Source: Thermodesulfobacteriota bacterium (GTDB lineage Bacteria > Desulfobacterota > Desulfarculia > JACQYL01). From it: a stretch of DNA of 64,000 nt. A program made the translations under genes and the position numbers. Location: assembly GCA_963675595.2 (NCBI GenBank), contig CAXXLZ010000002.1, forward strand, positions 4,160,001 through 4,224,000. Reading direction: 5' to 3'. Under the pieces are notes generated by a model, which saw only the letters and a program-made list of their open reading frames with translations, was not told where the DNA came from and searched no databases. This document shows, piece by piece, positions 20,707 through 29,623 of the stretch (position 1 is its first letter; each line of letters begins with the position of its first letter).

Positions 20707-21432
20707 ATGAAGCATGACCCCGGAACACTTTTCGGCATCGGCGTTGGTCCGGGAGACCCGGGCTTGGTGACGGTCAAGGCGCTGGAAGTTCTTCGGCGGG
20801 TTCCTCGGATATTTGCCGCCGGATCCAGCAGGAACTCCTACAGCATTGCGATGAACATTGTTCGGCACCATTTAGGTGACACGGAGATCGAGTTTCTGCC
20901 TTTTCCCATGACCAAGGACGAGGCAGTGCTGGAGGAGGCGTGGAATCGCAACGCCCGACAGGTGGCGGACGTACTGGACGAAGGCTCGGATGCGGCCTTC
21001 GTCACCATCGGCGACCCGCTCACCTATTCCACCTACAGTTATCTGCTCAAGGCCGTGCAGCGTCTCAATCCCGACGTGAAGGCCGTCACGGTGCCGGGGA
21101 TCACCTCCTACTCGGCGGCCGCGGCCGCGGCCAACCTCCCTTTGTGCGAGGGAGAAGAGTCTTGCCACCTGATTTCCGGGGCCTTTGGTGGAGAGAAACT
21201 CAAACAGGTGGTCGGGACCTCGGAAAACGTGGTCATGCTCAAGACCTATCGGCACTTTGACAACATCTACGATACCCTGGAGGAATTGGACCTGCTGGAT
21301 CGGTCCACATGCGTAAGTCTCTGCGGCCATGAAGGGGAGACGGTTTCCAGCGGGCTGCAACCTCTCAAAGGGAAGAAGATGCCTTATCTCTCCCTGGTCA
21401 TCGTCAAAAACGGACACCACTCAGATGAATAA
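20707..21432 (+). CDS. cbiL: Cobalt-precorrin-2 C20-methyltransferase
   Basis: GIGVGPGDPGLVTVKA, FPMTKD, GDPLTYSTY, VPGITS. Confidence 0.92.
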   Translation: MKHDPGTLFGIGVGPGDPGLVTVKALEVLRRVPRIFAAGSSRNSYSIAMNIVRHHLGDTEIEFLPFPMTKDEAVLEEAWNRNARQVADVLDEGSDAAFVTIGDPLTYSTYSYLLKAVQRLNPDVKAVTVPGITSYSAAAAAANLPLCEGEESCHLISGAFGGEKLKQVVGTSENVVMLKTYRHFDNIYDTLEELDLLDRSTCVSLCGHEGETVSSGLQPLKGKKMPYLSLVIVKNGHHSDE

Positions 21433-22561
21433 CGAGGCGGATTCGAAACGCGCGGCGGGCCGCAGAACACGAGGGACGCGCGAAGGCTTCTCCACGGGCA
21501 CGGCGGCCGCGGCTGCGGCCAAGGCGGCCCTGGGAGTCGCACTCGGACGCCCGGCGCGGGAGCGGATCGAGGTGGACCTGCCGGGAGGAAAACGACTGGG
21601 GGTGTCCGTCCGAGAGGCCGTGTCCGAAGGATCATGGGGTCGTGCCGTGGTGATTAAGGATGGAGGAGACGATCCGGACGCCACCCACGGTGCGGAAATC
21701 GGGGTACGGGTAAGGTTGCTCGACCCTGTGGAAGAAGCCGAGGAAGTCCTGCTCACGGGCGGTGAGGGCGTAGGCAGGGTAACCAAGCCGGGCCTTCCGA
21801 TTCCCGTGGGAGAACCGGCCATCAATCCCGTGCCGCGATGGATGATCGACAGGGCCGTCCGGGAGGCATGGAAAGAGTATGAGGGGACGGGGCCCGTTCG
21901 AGTGGAAGTTCAAGTGTTCGTACCGCGAGGGGAAGAGATCGCCAAAAAGACGCTCAATCCCCGTTTGGGTATTCTGGGCGGTATTTCCATATTGGGGACA
22001 ACCGGGCTGGTGAAACCCTATTCTCACGCCGCCTATCGGGCGACCATCGTTTCCGGTCTGAAAGTGGCCCGCGCCGCCGGTCTCCGGGACGTTTTTCTGA
22101 GCACCGGAGGCAAAAGCGAACGATTTCTCCAGGGGCTGTTTCCCCATCACCCGGAAGAGGCTTTTGTTCAGATGGGGGACTACGTGGGCTTCTCCATTCC
22201 CAGGGCGGTACGAATGAGGTTCGATCGTTTGGTGATCGGAGCTTTTTTCGGAAAGGCGGTCAAGATGGCCCAGGGGTTTGAACATACGCACGCGTCCGAG
22301 GGGGCCGTGGATTTCGGCTCGCTGGCCGAGTGGGGTGAAGAAGAGGCGAAGGATGCGCTCCTGAGCCGCCGCATCGCCGAAGCCAACACGGCCAGGGAAG
22401 TGCTCGAGCTGATTTCCGGACATCCGTCGGGCCATGCCTTGATCCATCGGGTGGGTGTCGAAATGGGCGATCGCCTGAGGGCTCTGGCCGGCGGTGTTCC
22501 CGAGGTCGAGACGCTGATCTTTGATTTCGGAGGAGCGATTCTCTACAGGAGTCTCTCCTGA
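21425..22561 (+). CDS. cbiD: Cobalt-precorrin-5B C1-methyltransferase
   Basis: REGFSTGTAAAAAAKAA, KDGGDDPDATHG, NPRLGILGGISILGTTG. Confidence 0.95.
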   Translation: MNNEADSKRAAGRRTRGTREGFSTGTAAAAAAKAALGVALGRPARERIEVDLPGGKRLGVSVREAVSEGSWGRAVVIKDGGDDPDATHGAEIGVRVRLLDPVEEAEEVLLTGGEGVGRVTKPGLPIPVGEPAINPVPRWMIDRAVREAWKEYEGTGPVRVEVQVFVPRGEEIAKKTLNPRLGILGGISILGTTGLVKPYSHAAYRATIVSGLKVARAAGLRDVFLSTGGKSERFLQGLFPHHPEEAFVQMGDYVGFSIPRAVRMRFDRLVIGAFFGKAVKMAQGFEHTHASEGAVDFGSLAEWGEEEAKDALLSRRIAEANTAREVLELISGHPSGHALIHRVGVEMGDRLRALAGGVPEVETLIFDFGGAILYRSLS

Positions 22562-22688
22562 CAGCCGAGCCGGCTTTGGAGAGCCCATTCCGTGCAAACC
22601 AACGGCCGAACTTTCTTGGTCGTCGAAGCGGCTTGCCGCCGGGAAAGGTCGGAATCATTTGTTACATGCCGGGGAGACAGATAGGCGA

Positions 22689-23933
22689 ATGGCTCGTGTA
22701 TTCGTGGTGGGCATAGGCGTTTCGGCCGCGGATTTGACATCCCGTGCTCTGGAAGTGGTGAGTCGAGCGGACGTGCTGGTCGGCGGACGCAGACTTCTGG
22801 ACCTTTTCCCCGACCATCCCGGCCGCAGGGTCGTCATCGATCGCCATTGGAGAGCCGCGCTGGATGAATTGAACTCCATTCCCGAAAATTTATGTATCGC
22901 AGTGCTTGCTTCCGGGGATCCCAATTTTTTCGGTATCGGGCCTCGGATTCTTGAGGCCTTCGGTCCGGAGGCGGTGGAATTCCTTCCCAATGTTAGCGCG
23001 GCTCAGGTCGCTTTCAGCCGTCTGAAGCTCCCCTGGCAGGATGCCTTGGTGGTCAGCCTCCACGGACGAGGGTGGGATGCGCTGGGATCCGCTCTGATGC
23101 GGAGTCGGAAGCTGGCGGTGTATACCGATCCGGATCACACACCGGCTCATGTAGCGCGTTTTCTACTGGATCACGGGCTTACCGGTATGGAAATTTGCGT
23201 TCTGGAAGACATGGGTTCGGCTGAAGAGAGGATTCGCCGCCTCACTCTTGAGGATGCCGAAAAAAGCGTGTTTTCCCCCATGAACGTGGTGGTCTTGACT
23301 TCAATCCCGGGTGAACCCGCTCCTCCCGCCGTTCATCCTGGGATGCCGGACAGTGCCTACGAGCATGAAGCGGGCCTCATCACGAAGCAGGAAGTCAGGG
23401 CCGTGGCTTTGGCCAAGCTGGGCCTGCGGCCGGATCATACGGTTTGGGACCTGGGCGCGGGTTCCGGGTCCGTGGGGATGGAGGCCGCAACCCTTGTGTA
23501 TCGCGGCAAAGTGATTTGCGTGGAACGGAAACCGGAGCGGGTGGCGCAGATTTTGTCCAACGCCCGAAGATATCAAGTGACCAATCTGGAAGTGGTTTCG
23601 GGATCGGCTCCGCAAGCCCTGGAAGGGTTGTCGAAGCCGGACCGTGTGTTCATCGGCGGCGGGGGCTTAGGGTTGAGTGACCTGTTGAATCATGTGGTCG
23701 ATGTCTTGGAACCCGAAGGTCGGGTCGTGGTGTCCGCCGCGTTGTTCGAGTCGTGTCTCACCGCCCGGGCCGTGTTGGCCCGGCGGGGATGGACATCCGA
23801 AGTCTGCCTGGTGCAGGCAAGTCGCGGCAAACCCATGGAACAGGGAATCCGACTGGAGGCGCTGAATCCCATCTGGTTGATCACCGGTTCGGGGTGTGAA
23901 AGCGGTATGTCGGGCGGCGGCAACCGGCCGTGA
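22689..23933 (+). CDS. cbiET: Bifunctional cobalt-precorrin-7 C5 / -6B C15 methyltransferase
   Basis: VVGIG, LASGDPNFFGIG, SLHGR, ITKQEVRA, WDLGAGSGSV. Confidence 0.92.
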   Translation: MARVFVVGIGVSAADLTSRALEVVSRADVLVGGRRLLDLFPDHPGRRVVIDRHWRAALDELNSIPENLCIAVLASGDPNFFGIGPRILEAFGPEAVEFLPNVSAAQVAFSRLKLPWQDALVVSLHGRGWDALGSALMRSRKLAVYTDPDHTPAHVARFLLDHGLTGMEICVLEDMGSAEERIRRLTLEDAEKSVFSPMNVVVLTSIPGEPAPPAVHPGMPDSAYEHEAGLITKQEVRAVALAKLGLRPDHTVWDLGAGSGSVGMEAATLVYRGKVICVERKPERVAQILSNARRYQVTNLEVVSGSAPQALEGLSKPDRVFIGGGGLGLSDLLNHVVDVLEPEGRVVVSAALFESCLTARAVLARRGWTSEVCLVQASRGKPMEQGIRLEALNPIWLITGSGCESGMSGGGNRP

Positions 23934-24019
23934 AAGGAAATTCCGGCTTGGTTCGTACGATTTCCGGGTGGGCCGCCGAGGGAGCGGAAATTCCTGATAC
24001 TCTCCAAGGGAGCACTGCC

Positions 24020-25075
24020 GTGAAGGAAGCCGGGAAGCCGGTATGGGTCGCGGCCTTGACGCCCGGCGGCGCGGAAACGGCGCGCAGGATCGTCTCCGTC
24101 CTTCCGGGTTCGCGTATCCTGCTGCCGGCCCGGCTGGCAGGTGAGGAAGAAGGCTCTTTTCCCAGGTTTTCGCAATTGGCGGGGGAGGCCTTCACGCGCC
24201 GTACGGATCTGATCTGTGTCATGGCGGCGGGCATCGTGGTGCGGGGAATCGCGCCGTTTCTTAAAGACAAGGCGAGCGACCCGGCGGTGGTGGTCGTGGA
24301 CGAAAAAGGACGCTTCGCGGTGAGCCTCCTTTCGGGTCATCAAGGAGGGGCCAACAATCTGGCTCATCGGGTCGCCCGACTCATCGGAGCCGTACCGGTG
24401 ATCACCACGGCCACGGATGTGCGGGGTTTGCCCGCGTTCGACTCGGTGGCCGCGGAACGAGGCTGGAAATTGGAGAACGCCACGGCGGTTCGAGACGTTC
24501 ATATGGCCCTTCTGGAAGGCCGGAAAATCGCCCTTGTGGATCCGTGCGGCCGCTTGTCTCCCGAGGAAGCCGGCGAGCCGAGCGGCCTGGTGGAGCGCTT
24601 TGACCTGGAATCGGTTCGTGCTTTCGAAGGGCCCACGGTATACGTGGGGGTTGAGGCGAATCCGGGCGCCGCGAATTGGCTGATGCTGAGACCCAAGGAA
24701 CTGGCGGCCGGCGTGGGGTGCAATCGAGGCACCTCGGCGGGAGAGATTCTGGATCTGATCCGGGATACTTTCCGTGAAGAGGCGCTTTCCCCGCATTGTC
24801 TGGCGCATTTGGCCTCCATTGATGCGAAACGAGATGAACCCGGGTTGTTGGAAGCGGCCCGGAGCTTGGGAGTGGAATGTCTATGGTATCCTCGGGAAAT
24901 ATTGTCCACCCGGAAAACGCCCAATCCGTCGGAAGTCGTGCGCAAGCACATGGGAGTGAAGAGTGTATGCGAAGCGGCGGCCATGCTGGCGGCGGGAACG
25001 GATCTGCTGCTGGTTTCCAAGAGAAAGACGCGCAACGTGACCCTGGCGGTGGCCCGGGTCGCCTGTGGATCGTAA
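24020..25075 (+). CDS. cbiG: Cobalt-precorrin-5A hydrolase (alternative start 23930)
   Basis: MAAGIVVR, DKASDPAVVVVDE, LLSGHQGGAN, VITTATD, GVGCNRG, SVCEAAA. Confidence 0.92.
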   Translation: MKEAGKPVWVAALTPGGAETARRIVSVLPGSRILLPARLAGEEEGSFPRFSQLAGEAFTRRTDLICVMAAGIVVRGIAPFLKDKASDPAVVVVDEKGRFAVSLLSGHQGGANNLAHRVARLIGAVPVITTATDVRGLPAFDSVAAERGWKLENATAVRDVHMALLEGRKIALVDPCGRLSPEEAGEPSGLVERFDLESVRAFEGPTVYVGVEANPGAANWLMLRPKELAAGVGCNRGTSAGEILDLIRDTFREEALSPHCLAHLASIDAKRDEPGLLEAARSLGVECLWYPREILSTRKTPNPSEVVRKHMGVKSVCEAAAMLAAGTDLLLVSKRKTRNVTLAVARVACGS

Positions 25076-25869
25076 GCACCGGTCCCGGGGACCCTCACTT
25101 TATGGCCCCCGCGGCGCGCGAAGCCCTGGACCGGTGTCGGGTCGTGGTGGGCTACAAGACCTATATCGATCTGATTGGGTCCGTTCTCAAGGACCAGGAG
25201 GTGGTGGCCACGGGCATGATGCGGGAAGTGGACCGCTGTGAAGCGGCTCTGGACCGGGCGTTGGAGAATCGAGAAACGGCCCTGGTTTCCGGAGGGGACG
25301 CGGGAATTTATGCCATGGCCGGGCTGGTGCTGGATATCTGCCGCGCCAGAGGCTTAAGGGTGGGGCCGCCGGGCTCGACCGACGTGGACCTGTTGTTGGG
25401 ATTCGTCCCGGGAATTCCCGCGCTCGCGGCGGCTGGGGCCCTGCTGGGCGCGCCTTTGATGACCGATTTCGCGTCCATCTCCTTGAGCGATCTGTTGACC
25501 CCGTGGGACGCTATTCTGAAACGGGTTGAAGCCGCATCCATGGGCGATTTCGTCATTGTGCTCTACAATCCCAAAAGCAAGAAACGGGACTGGCAACTGG
25601 AGAAGGTGCGGGAGGTGATTCTTCGTTACCGAGGCCCGGAAACCCCGGTGGGCATCGTTCAAAAGGCCATGCGGGAAGGGCAGTGCGTGACCGTCTGCAC
25701 CCTCGATACGCTGCCGGAGCAGTCCGTGGACATGCAGACTCTGGTGGTGGTGGGCAACAGCGCCACCTATGCGTACGGCCCGTACATGGTCACCCCCAGG
25801 GGATACTTGGCGAAATATGACCTCGCCGGAAAATCGGGGACGGAAGGTGCTGCGAAAGCGTCAAGCTAG
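25063..25869 (+). CDS. cbiH: Cobalt-precorrin-3B C17-methyltransferase (start codon uncertain, overlaps cbiG end)
   Basis: GPGD, VGYKTY, VSGGDAGIYAMAG, DFASISLSDLLTPW, LYNPKS, TPRGY. Confidence 0.92.
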   Translation: MWIVSTGPGDPHFMAPAAREALDRCRVVVGYKTYIDLIGSVLKDQEVVATGMMREVDRCEAALDRALENRETALVSGGDAGIYAMAGLVLDICRARGLRVGPPGSTDVDLLLGFVPGIPALAAAGALLGAPLMTDFASISLSDLLTPWDAILKRVEAASMGDFVIVLYNPKSKKRDWQLEKVREVILRYRGPETPVGIVQKAMREGQCVTVCTLDTLPEQSVDMQTLVVVGNSATYAYGPYMVTPRGYLAKYDLAGKSGTEGAAKASS

Positions 25870-26022
25870 CGCTTATTCGCGTGAATTAGAGGTTCCGGAC
25901 TTCGGCCCCTGCGGCGGATCACTGTTTCGGGGCGGCCGAGGCCGGTCGCAGAAACGCTTGTCGAGCCGTCGGCGGGAGCGCGGCTTGCGATCCCCTGCTC
26001 AGGTCTTTCGGTCGTGTCCATT

Positions 26023-26244
26023 CAGGGGGTATCCGGGACAACCTTTTGAAAAAGGTTTTTCCGGCCCCTTTCCCAAACATTTTGAGCGGGTTGCTCGCCG
26101 GCGCGTCGCAACCGAGGTCGGGCGTTACACTGAATAGGCAACCGGGTCCGTAATCAAAGGAGCCTCTCCGCCGAAGGCGGCGAGGCCTGCCTTAAATGTT
26201 TGAGGGGGGCGCACGGGGGGAACTTTTCAGAAAGTTCCCCCCCG
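26023..26244 (+). repeat. Intergenic repeat family A (MITE/REP-like), copy 1
   Basis: Palindromes at both ends (AACCTTTT.AAAAAGGTT and GGGGGGAACTTT.CAGAAAGTTCCCCCC); shares blocks with 29398-29540 (inverted) and 37099-37293. Confidence 0.75.
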
Positions 26245-26299
26245 TGAACGTCTGCTTTCGGTCGGCCTTACTTTTCGCACTTTGGGCCCACCATTTTTC

Positions 26300-26328
26300 T
26301 TGCACTCCGCAGCAAGGGGCCTTATATT
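26300..26328 (+). promoter_or_regulatory. Sigma70 promoter of tRNA-Glu
   Basis: TTGCAC-17 nt-TATATT. Confidence 0.6.
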
Positions 26329-26383
26329 CCGTCTTAACTTCTCCGGGTCTCCGGATGCGGGGAAGTTTCTTATTCTTATCCGC

Positions 26384-26461
26384 GTCCCCATCGTCTAGCC
26401 AGGTCCAGGACACCGGCCTTTCACGCCGGCGACAGGGGTTCGAATCCCCTTGGGGACGCCA
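26384..26461 (+). tRNA. tRNA-Glu(TTC)
   Basis: Acceptor stem GTCCCCA/TGGGGAC, anticodon arm CCGGC-CTTTCAC-GCCGG, T-loop GGTTCGAATCC, encoded CCA. Confidence 0.97.
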
Positions 26462-26794
26462 ATAAAATCAGCAAGACGGCTGTCATGCGCCGACGTTGAA
26501 TATTCGGCGGAAACGGTTAGATCGAATGAAGAACATGAGCCCATCGAGGTGATTGCCTCGGAGGTCTTCTGTTTGGACAAACCCTTGCCGTCAATTGAGT
26601 CACCTCCACGGAAGTGTCTAAAAAGTCTCTCCCACCGGGCAAGCTGGCTGCCCAACGTGAGACAGCGGTAACTTGCACTTCACAAATCCTCTTTGTTGGA
26701 TCCTTTTGCTTCAATAGCGGCGTTTCTCCTCGGTTTCGAGCATTTTAAATATACTGCAAATCCCGAGCGACGAGGCAGTGCCCAACCCTTTCGG

Positions 26795-27196
26795 CTATTC
26801 CGTCTTGCACCCCTTTCTTTTCGGTTTTTCCTGGAAGAGTTTGAGCACCCTTTCGCGCAGGTAGCGCTGAACGAAGGTATTCAACGTCCCATCCGGATAG
26901 AGAACTCGGTTACCTATAAGCAGTTGCATTTTGTGATCGAAGCCATACCTGGGTAGAGAGCTTTTCAGGAAAAGTTCTTCTGTGGAATATTGCGTATGCT
27001 CCCAGAGCCAGGTCCAAACTTCGGTCTCGGATAGGCCGCTCGGCCGCTTTGTTCTTTCCGTTCCGGTGACACCTGTATTGGTCCATGCCACAATCAGCCG
27101 GATGGGTTCCGGATTGCCGGCAACGAGGAGCACTGCTTCCGGTTTCTCGTTTTGCTTAAAGCGTGCGAGCTTCTCGGCGAACACATCTGTGTTCAT
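26795..27196 (-). CDS. Hypothetical protein
   Basis: 133-aa ORF with AGGAAGG RBS, protein-like composition, co-oriented behind DUF523. Confidence 0.7.
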   Translation of the reverse strand: MNTDVFAEKLARFKQNEKPEAVLLVAGNPEPIRLIVAWTNTGVTGTERTKRPSGLSETEVWTWLWEHTQYSTEELFLKSSLPRYGFDHKMQLLIGNRVLYPDGTLNTFVQRYLRERVLKLFQEKPKRKGCKTE

Positions 27197-27222
27197 GGCT
27201 TCCTTCCTCTGAAATCAAGCGG

Positions 27223-27690
27223 TTAAGGGACGCGCACCACCATTATACCGGCGCGCTTGAGCACCTCCCCGGTTACACCGTCTTTGTCGCACGATGGACT
27301 CCCTCCCTTGAGGTAGGCGCGCTCGGCCCCCACGATTCCGACGATCTCGAGGGTGTATTTGGCCCCGTTCACATGAAAGTCTGTTACGTCCTCGCCTGTT
27401 TCAGGGGCGATTATCGTAAGGCCCTCGTCCAAAACCCGGGCTCCCGTGCCGTTAAGGTATTCACTGGTCCGCGGCGTGGGCATCCCCCCGAGCTGTTCCG
27501 GACAGACGGGAATGAGGACATATCGCTTTTTCAGACGTTCAATGAGCCCGTCCCGCTTCTTTGCCCTCCTCCCGTGCCACCTGCAGGGAATGCCAAGGAA
27601 GCACGCGCTGATGAGCGCGGGCTCAACAGGCCGAAAACATTCCTCAATGAATGGAAGAGTCCCCTGAATGCCCTGGGGATTCTTTGTCAT
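27223..27690 (-). CDS. DUF523 / 2-thiouracil desulfurase (TudS) family protein
   Basis: SACFLGIPCRWHG, PVCPEQLGGMPTPR, SPSC motifs; GGAGGAG RBS. Confidence 0.88.
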   Translation of the reverse strand: MTKNPQGIQGTLPFIEECFRPVEPALISACFLGIPCRWHGRRAKKRDGLIERLKKRYVLIPVCPEQLGGMPTPRTSEYLNGTGARVLDEGLTIIAPETGEDVTDFHVNGAKYTLEIVGIVGAERAYLKGGSPSCDKDGVTGEVLKRAGIMVVRVP

Positions 27691-27789
27691 CTCGCACCCT
27701 CCTCCATAATCACTTGGCGCCAAAAACGATGGCGCCATCCTATACAATGCTTGAGGTTCAAACATTCGCCGCACTGGTGACAGCCTTCC

Positions 27790-27900
27790 ATGCGATGGTG
27801 TTTTGATCCTTTGTCCACGGCCAACATGTAAGCCACAAGCTTGCTCGCCAGGGCCAATGTAGCTCGGTTGCGCTCTTTCGAAATGGAACCTCGATGCATC
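27790..27900 (-). mobile_element. IS110-family transposase C-terminal remnant
   Basis: Translates to RNRATLALASKLVAYMLAVDK, resembling the IS110 C-terminal A..A.ARKL...helix; no intact ORF. Confidence 0.5.
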
Positions 27901-28309
27901 GTTCCGGCGGATTACCTCGGGTTGCGAGCCGATGGCGCGACGTTTCTTATTCCTTACTTGTTTTCGGAGGCTTCCCTGTTATCTCAGCGCATTGCCGCTC
28001 ATGGGACCCGGTCGGGAGCGAAAGAGCCCATTCGGGTGTCCTTCCCTTTCCCTGATGCCGGGAGAGCCAGGCCGCATTGATTCGGCTTGTTCAACTTTTC
28101 ACTTGAAGAAACCGAACCGTGATTCCACGTCTCATGATATTTCGTGTGCAGGTTGGGTACGAGATGAAGTTGCGTAATGAGTAACGGTCCGTTTCGGTCC
28201 GATTCATTGAAGCGGACTTCCAGCGACCAAGAATCATTAATTATGCTATCATACGTCACGTTCGGGTTGGATGGGATTTTGTTGGACGCTCGAAAGGGAG
28301 AAGATACGG

Positions 28310-29359
28310 ATGACAATGAGAAAGAAGGCGCGGCCGGCAATTGCCTTAGTGGTCCTGTGCGCGATCGGTGCGGGTGTATGGCTGTGGCGATCGAACCATA
28401 AAACAACTTCGGACGACGTGCTGGTGCTGTACGGCAATGTGGATATTCGGCAGGTCGAGTTGGCGATAAACGGGAGCGAGCGAGTTACGGGTTTGTTCGT
28501 TGAAGAAGGAGACCGTGTAGAGAAGGGGCGGTTGTTGGCCAAGCTCGAAACCCAGCGTTTCGAACTCGCTGTGGAACGCGCTGATGCACAGGTGAAGGCT
28601 CAAGAACAGGTCGTTGCCCGTCTTGAGGCCGGTACTCGAATCGAGGAGATTCGCAAAGCCAAAGCGGATCTCAAGACCGCCCAAGCCGCTTTGGACGACG
28701 CCGAGACCACCTACAAACGGGTTTCAGCCTTGGTCCGCCGAAATGCGACCTCCGAGCAGAATCTGGACGATGCCGAGGCGGCCGCGAATTCGGCTCGGGC
28801 CCAACTCGAGGCGTCAAAAGCGGTCCTGGACTTGGCCGTCGCGGGACCCCGTAAAGAGGACATCGCCCAGGCAAAAGCGTTGTTGAAACGTTACGAGGCC
28901 GAGCTCGCCCTGGCACAACGCGATCTCAAGGACGCTTCTCTTTATGCGCCCGCCGACGGCGTCATCCAGGACCGTATTCTCGAAGTCGGCGATATGGCTT
29001 CGCCTCAAAAACCGGTATTCACCTTGGCCCTGACCGACCCGCTCTGGGTACGGGCCTATATCTCTGAGCCGGACCTTGGAAAAATTCAGGAAGGCATGAA
29101 GGTCGTGGTGGAGACGGACAGCTTTCCGGACAAACAGTACTCGGGCTGGATCGGTTTTATCTCGCCCACTGCGGAGTTCACGCCAAAGGCCGTGGAGACG
29201 GAGGAAGTTCGTACCAAGCTGGTTTATCAGGTTCGTGTATTTGTCGATAATCCAAACGGTGAGCTGCGACTCGGCATGCCGGTCACCGCCAGGGTTCAAC
29301 TCAAAACGCCTTATCCCTCAAAGAATACAGAGCCCATCGGCGATTCGGCCGCCGGTTAG
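28310..29359 (+). CDS. HlyD-family periplasmic adaptor (YbhG-like)
   Basis: LYGNVDIRQV, VEEGDRV, coiled coil, FISPTAEFTPKAVETEEVRTKLVY. Confidence 0.9.
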   Translation: MTMRKKARPAIALVVLCAIGAGVWLWRSNHKTTSDDVLVLYGNVDIRQVELAINGSERVTGLFVEEGDRVEKGRLLAKLETQRFELAVERADAQVKAQEQVVARLEAGTRIEEIRKAKADLKTAQAALDDAETTYKRVSALVRRNATSEQNLDDAEAAANSARAQLEASKAVLDLAVAGPRKEDIAQAKALLKRYEAELALAQRDLKDASLYAPADGVIQDRILEVGDMASPQKPVFTLALTDPLWVRAYISEPDLGKIQEGMKVVVETDSFPDKQYSGWIGFISPTAEFTPKAVETEEVRTKLVYQVRVFVDNPNGELRLGMPVTARVQLKTPYPSKNTEPIGDSAAG

Positions 29360-29397
29360 AACGGATGTCGGCATCACTAAAAGGGCTGTACGCATTC

Positions 29398-29540
29398 CCG
29401 GGGGGGAACTTTTCAAAAAGTTCCCCCCCGGTACGCCCTCTCAAAAGTCTCAACCAGGCCTCACCGCCTTCGGCGGAGAGGCTCCATGGGGTGAGTGGAT
29501 TTCCGGACCGGCGCATCCTTGTCCAAGGCTCCGTTTCTAA
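29398..29540 (-). repeat. Intergenic repeat family A, copy 2 (inverted)
   Basis: Reverse complement closely matches 26159-26244 (GGAGCCTCTCCGCCGAAGGCGG.GAGGCCTG...GGGGGGAACTTT..AAAGTTCCCCCC) and 37230-37293. Confidence 0.8.
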
Positions 29541-29623
29541 TGCGTCCGGCAAACGGTCTCCCCTCCCATTCTGTGAACAGCTTCAAAGGAATAAGTGACC
29601 GCCTCCAAGGAGACCTCGGCGCA

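Noticed and set aside
19133-20728. Long antisense ORFs (531 aa here; also 11892-12926, 23690-24808, 29900-30913, 48074-49192)
   Set aside because: Shadows of well-supported genes on the opposite strand in GC-rich DNA, with no motifs
26450-26714. Short ORFs after the tRNA, including a WLP-ending peptide suggestive of a recombinase tail
   Set aside because: No RBS or recognisable domain; the resemblance is too slight
28177-28310. Remnant of a TetR/CecR regulator upstream of the YbhG-like gene
   Set aside because: Only a vague TFGLDGI resemblance and no HTH
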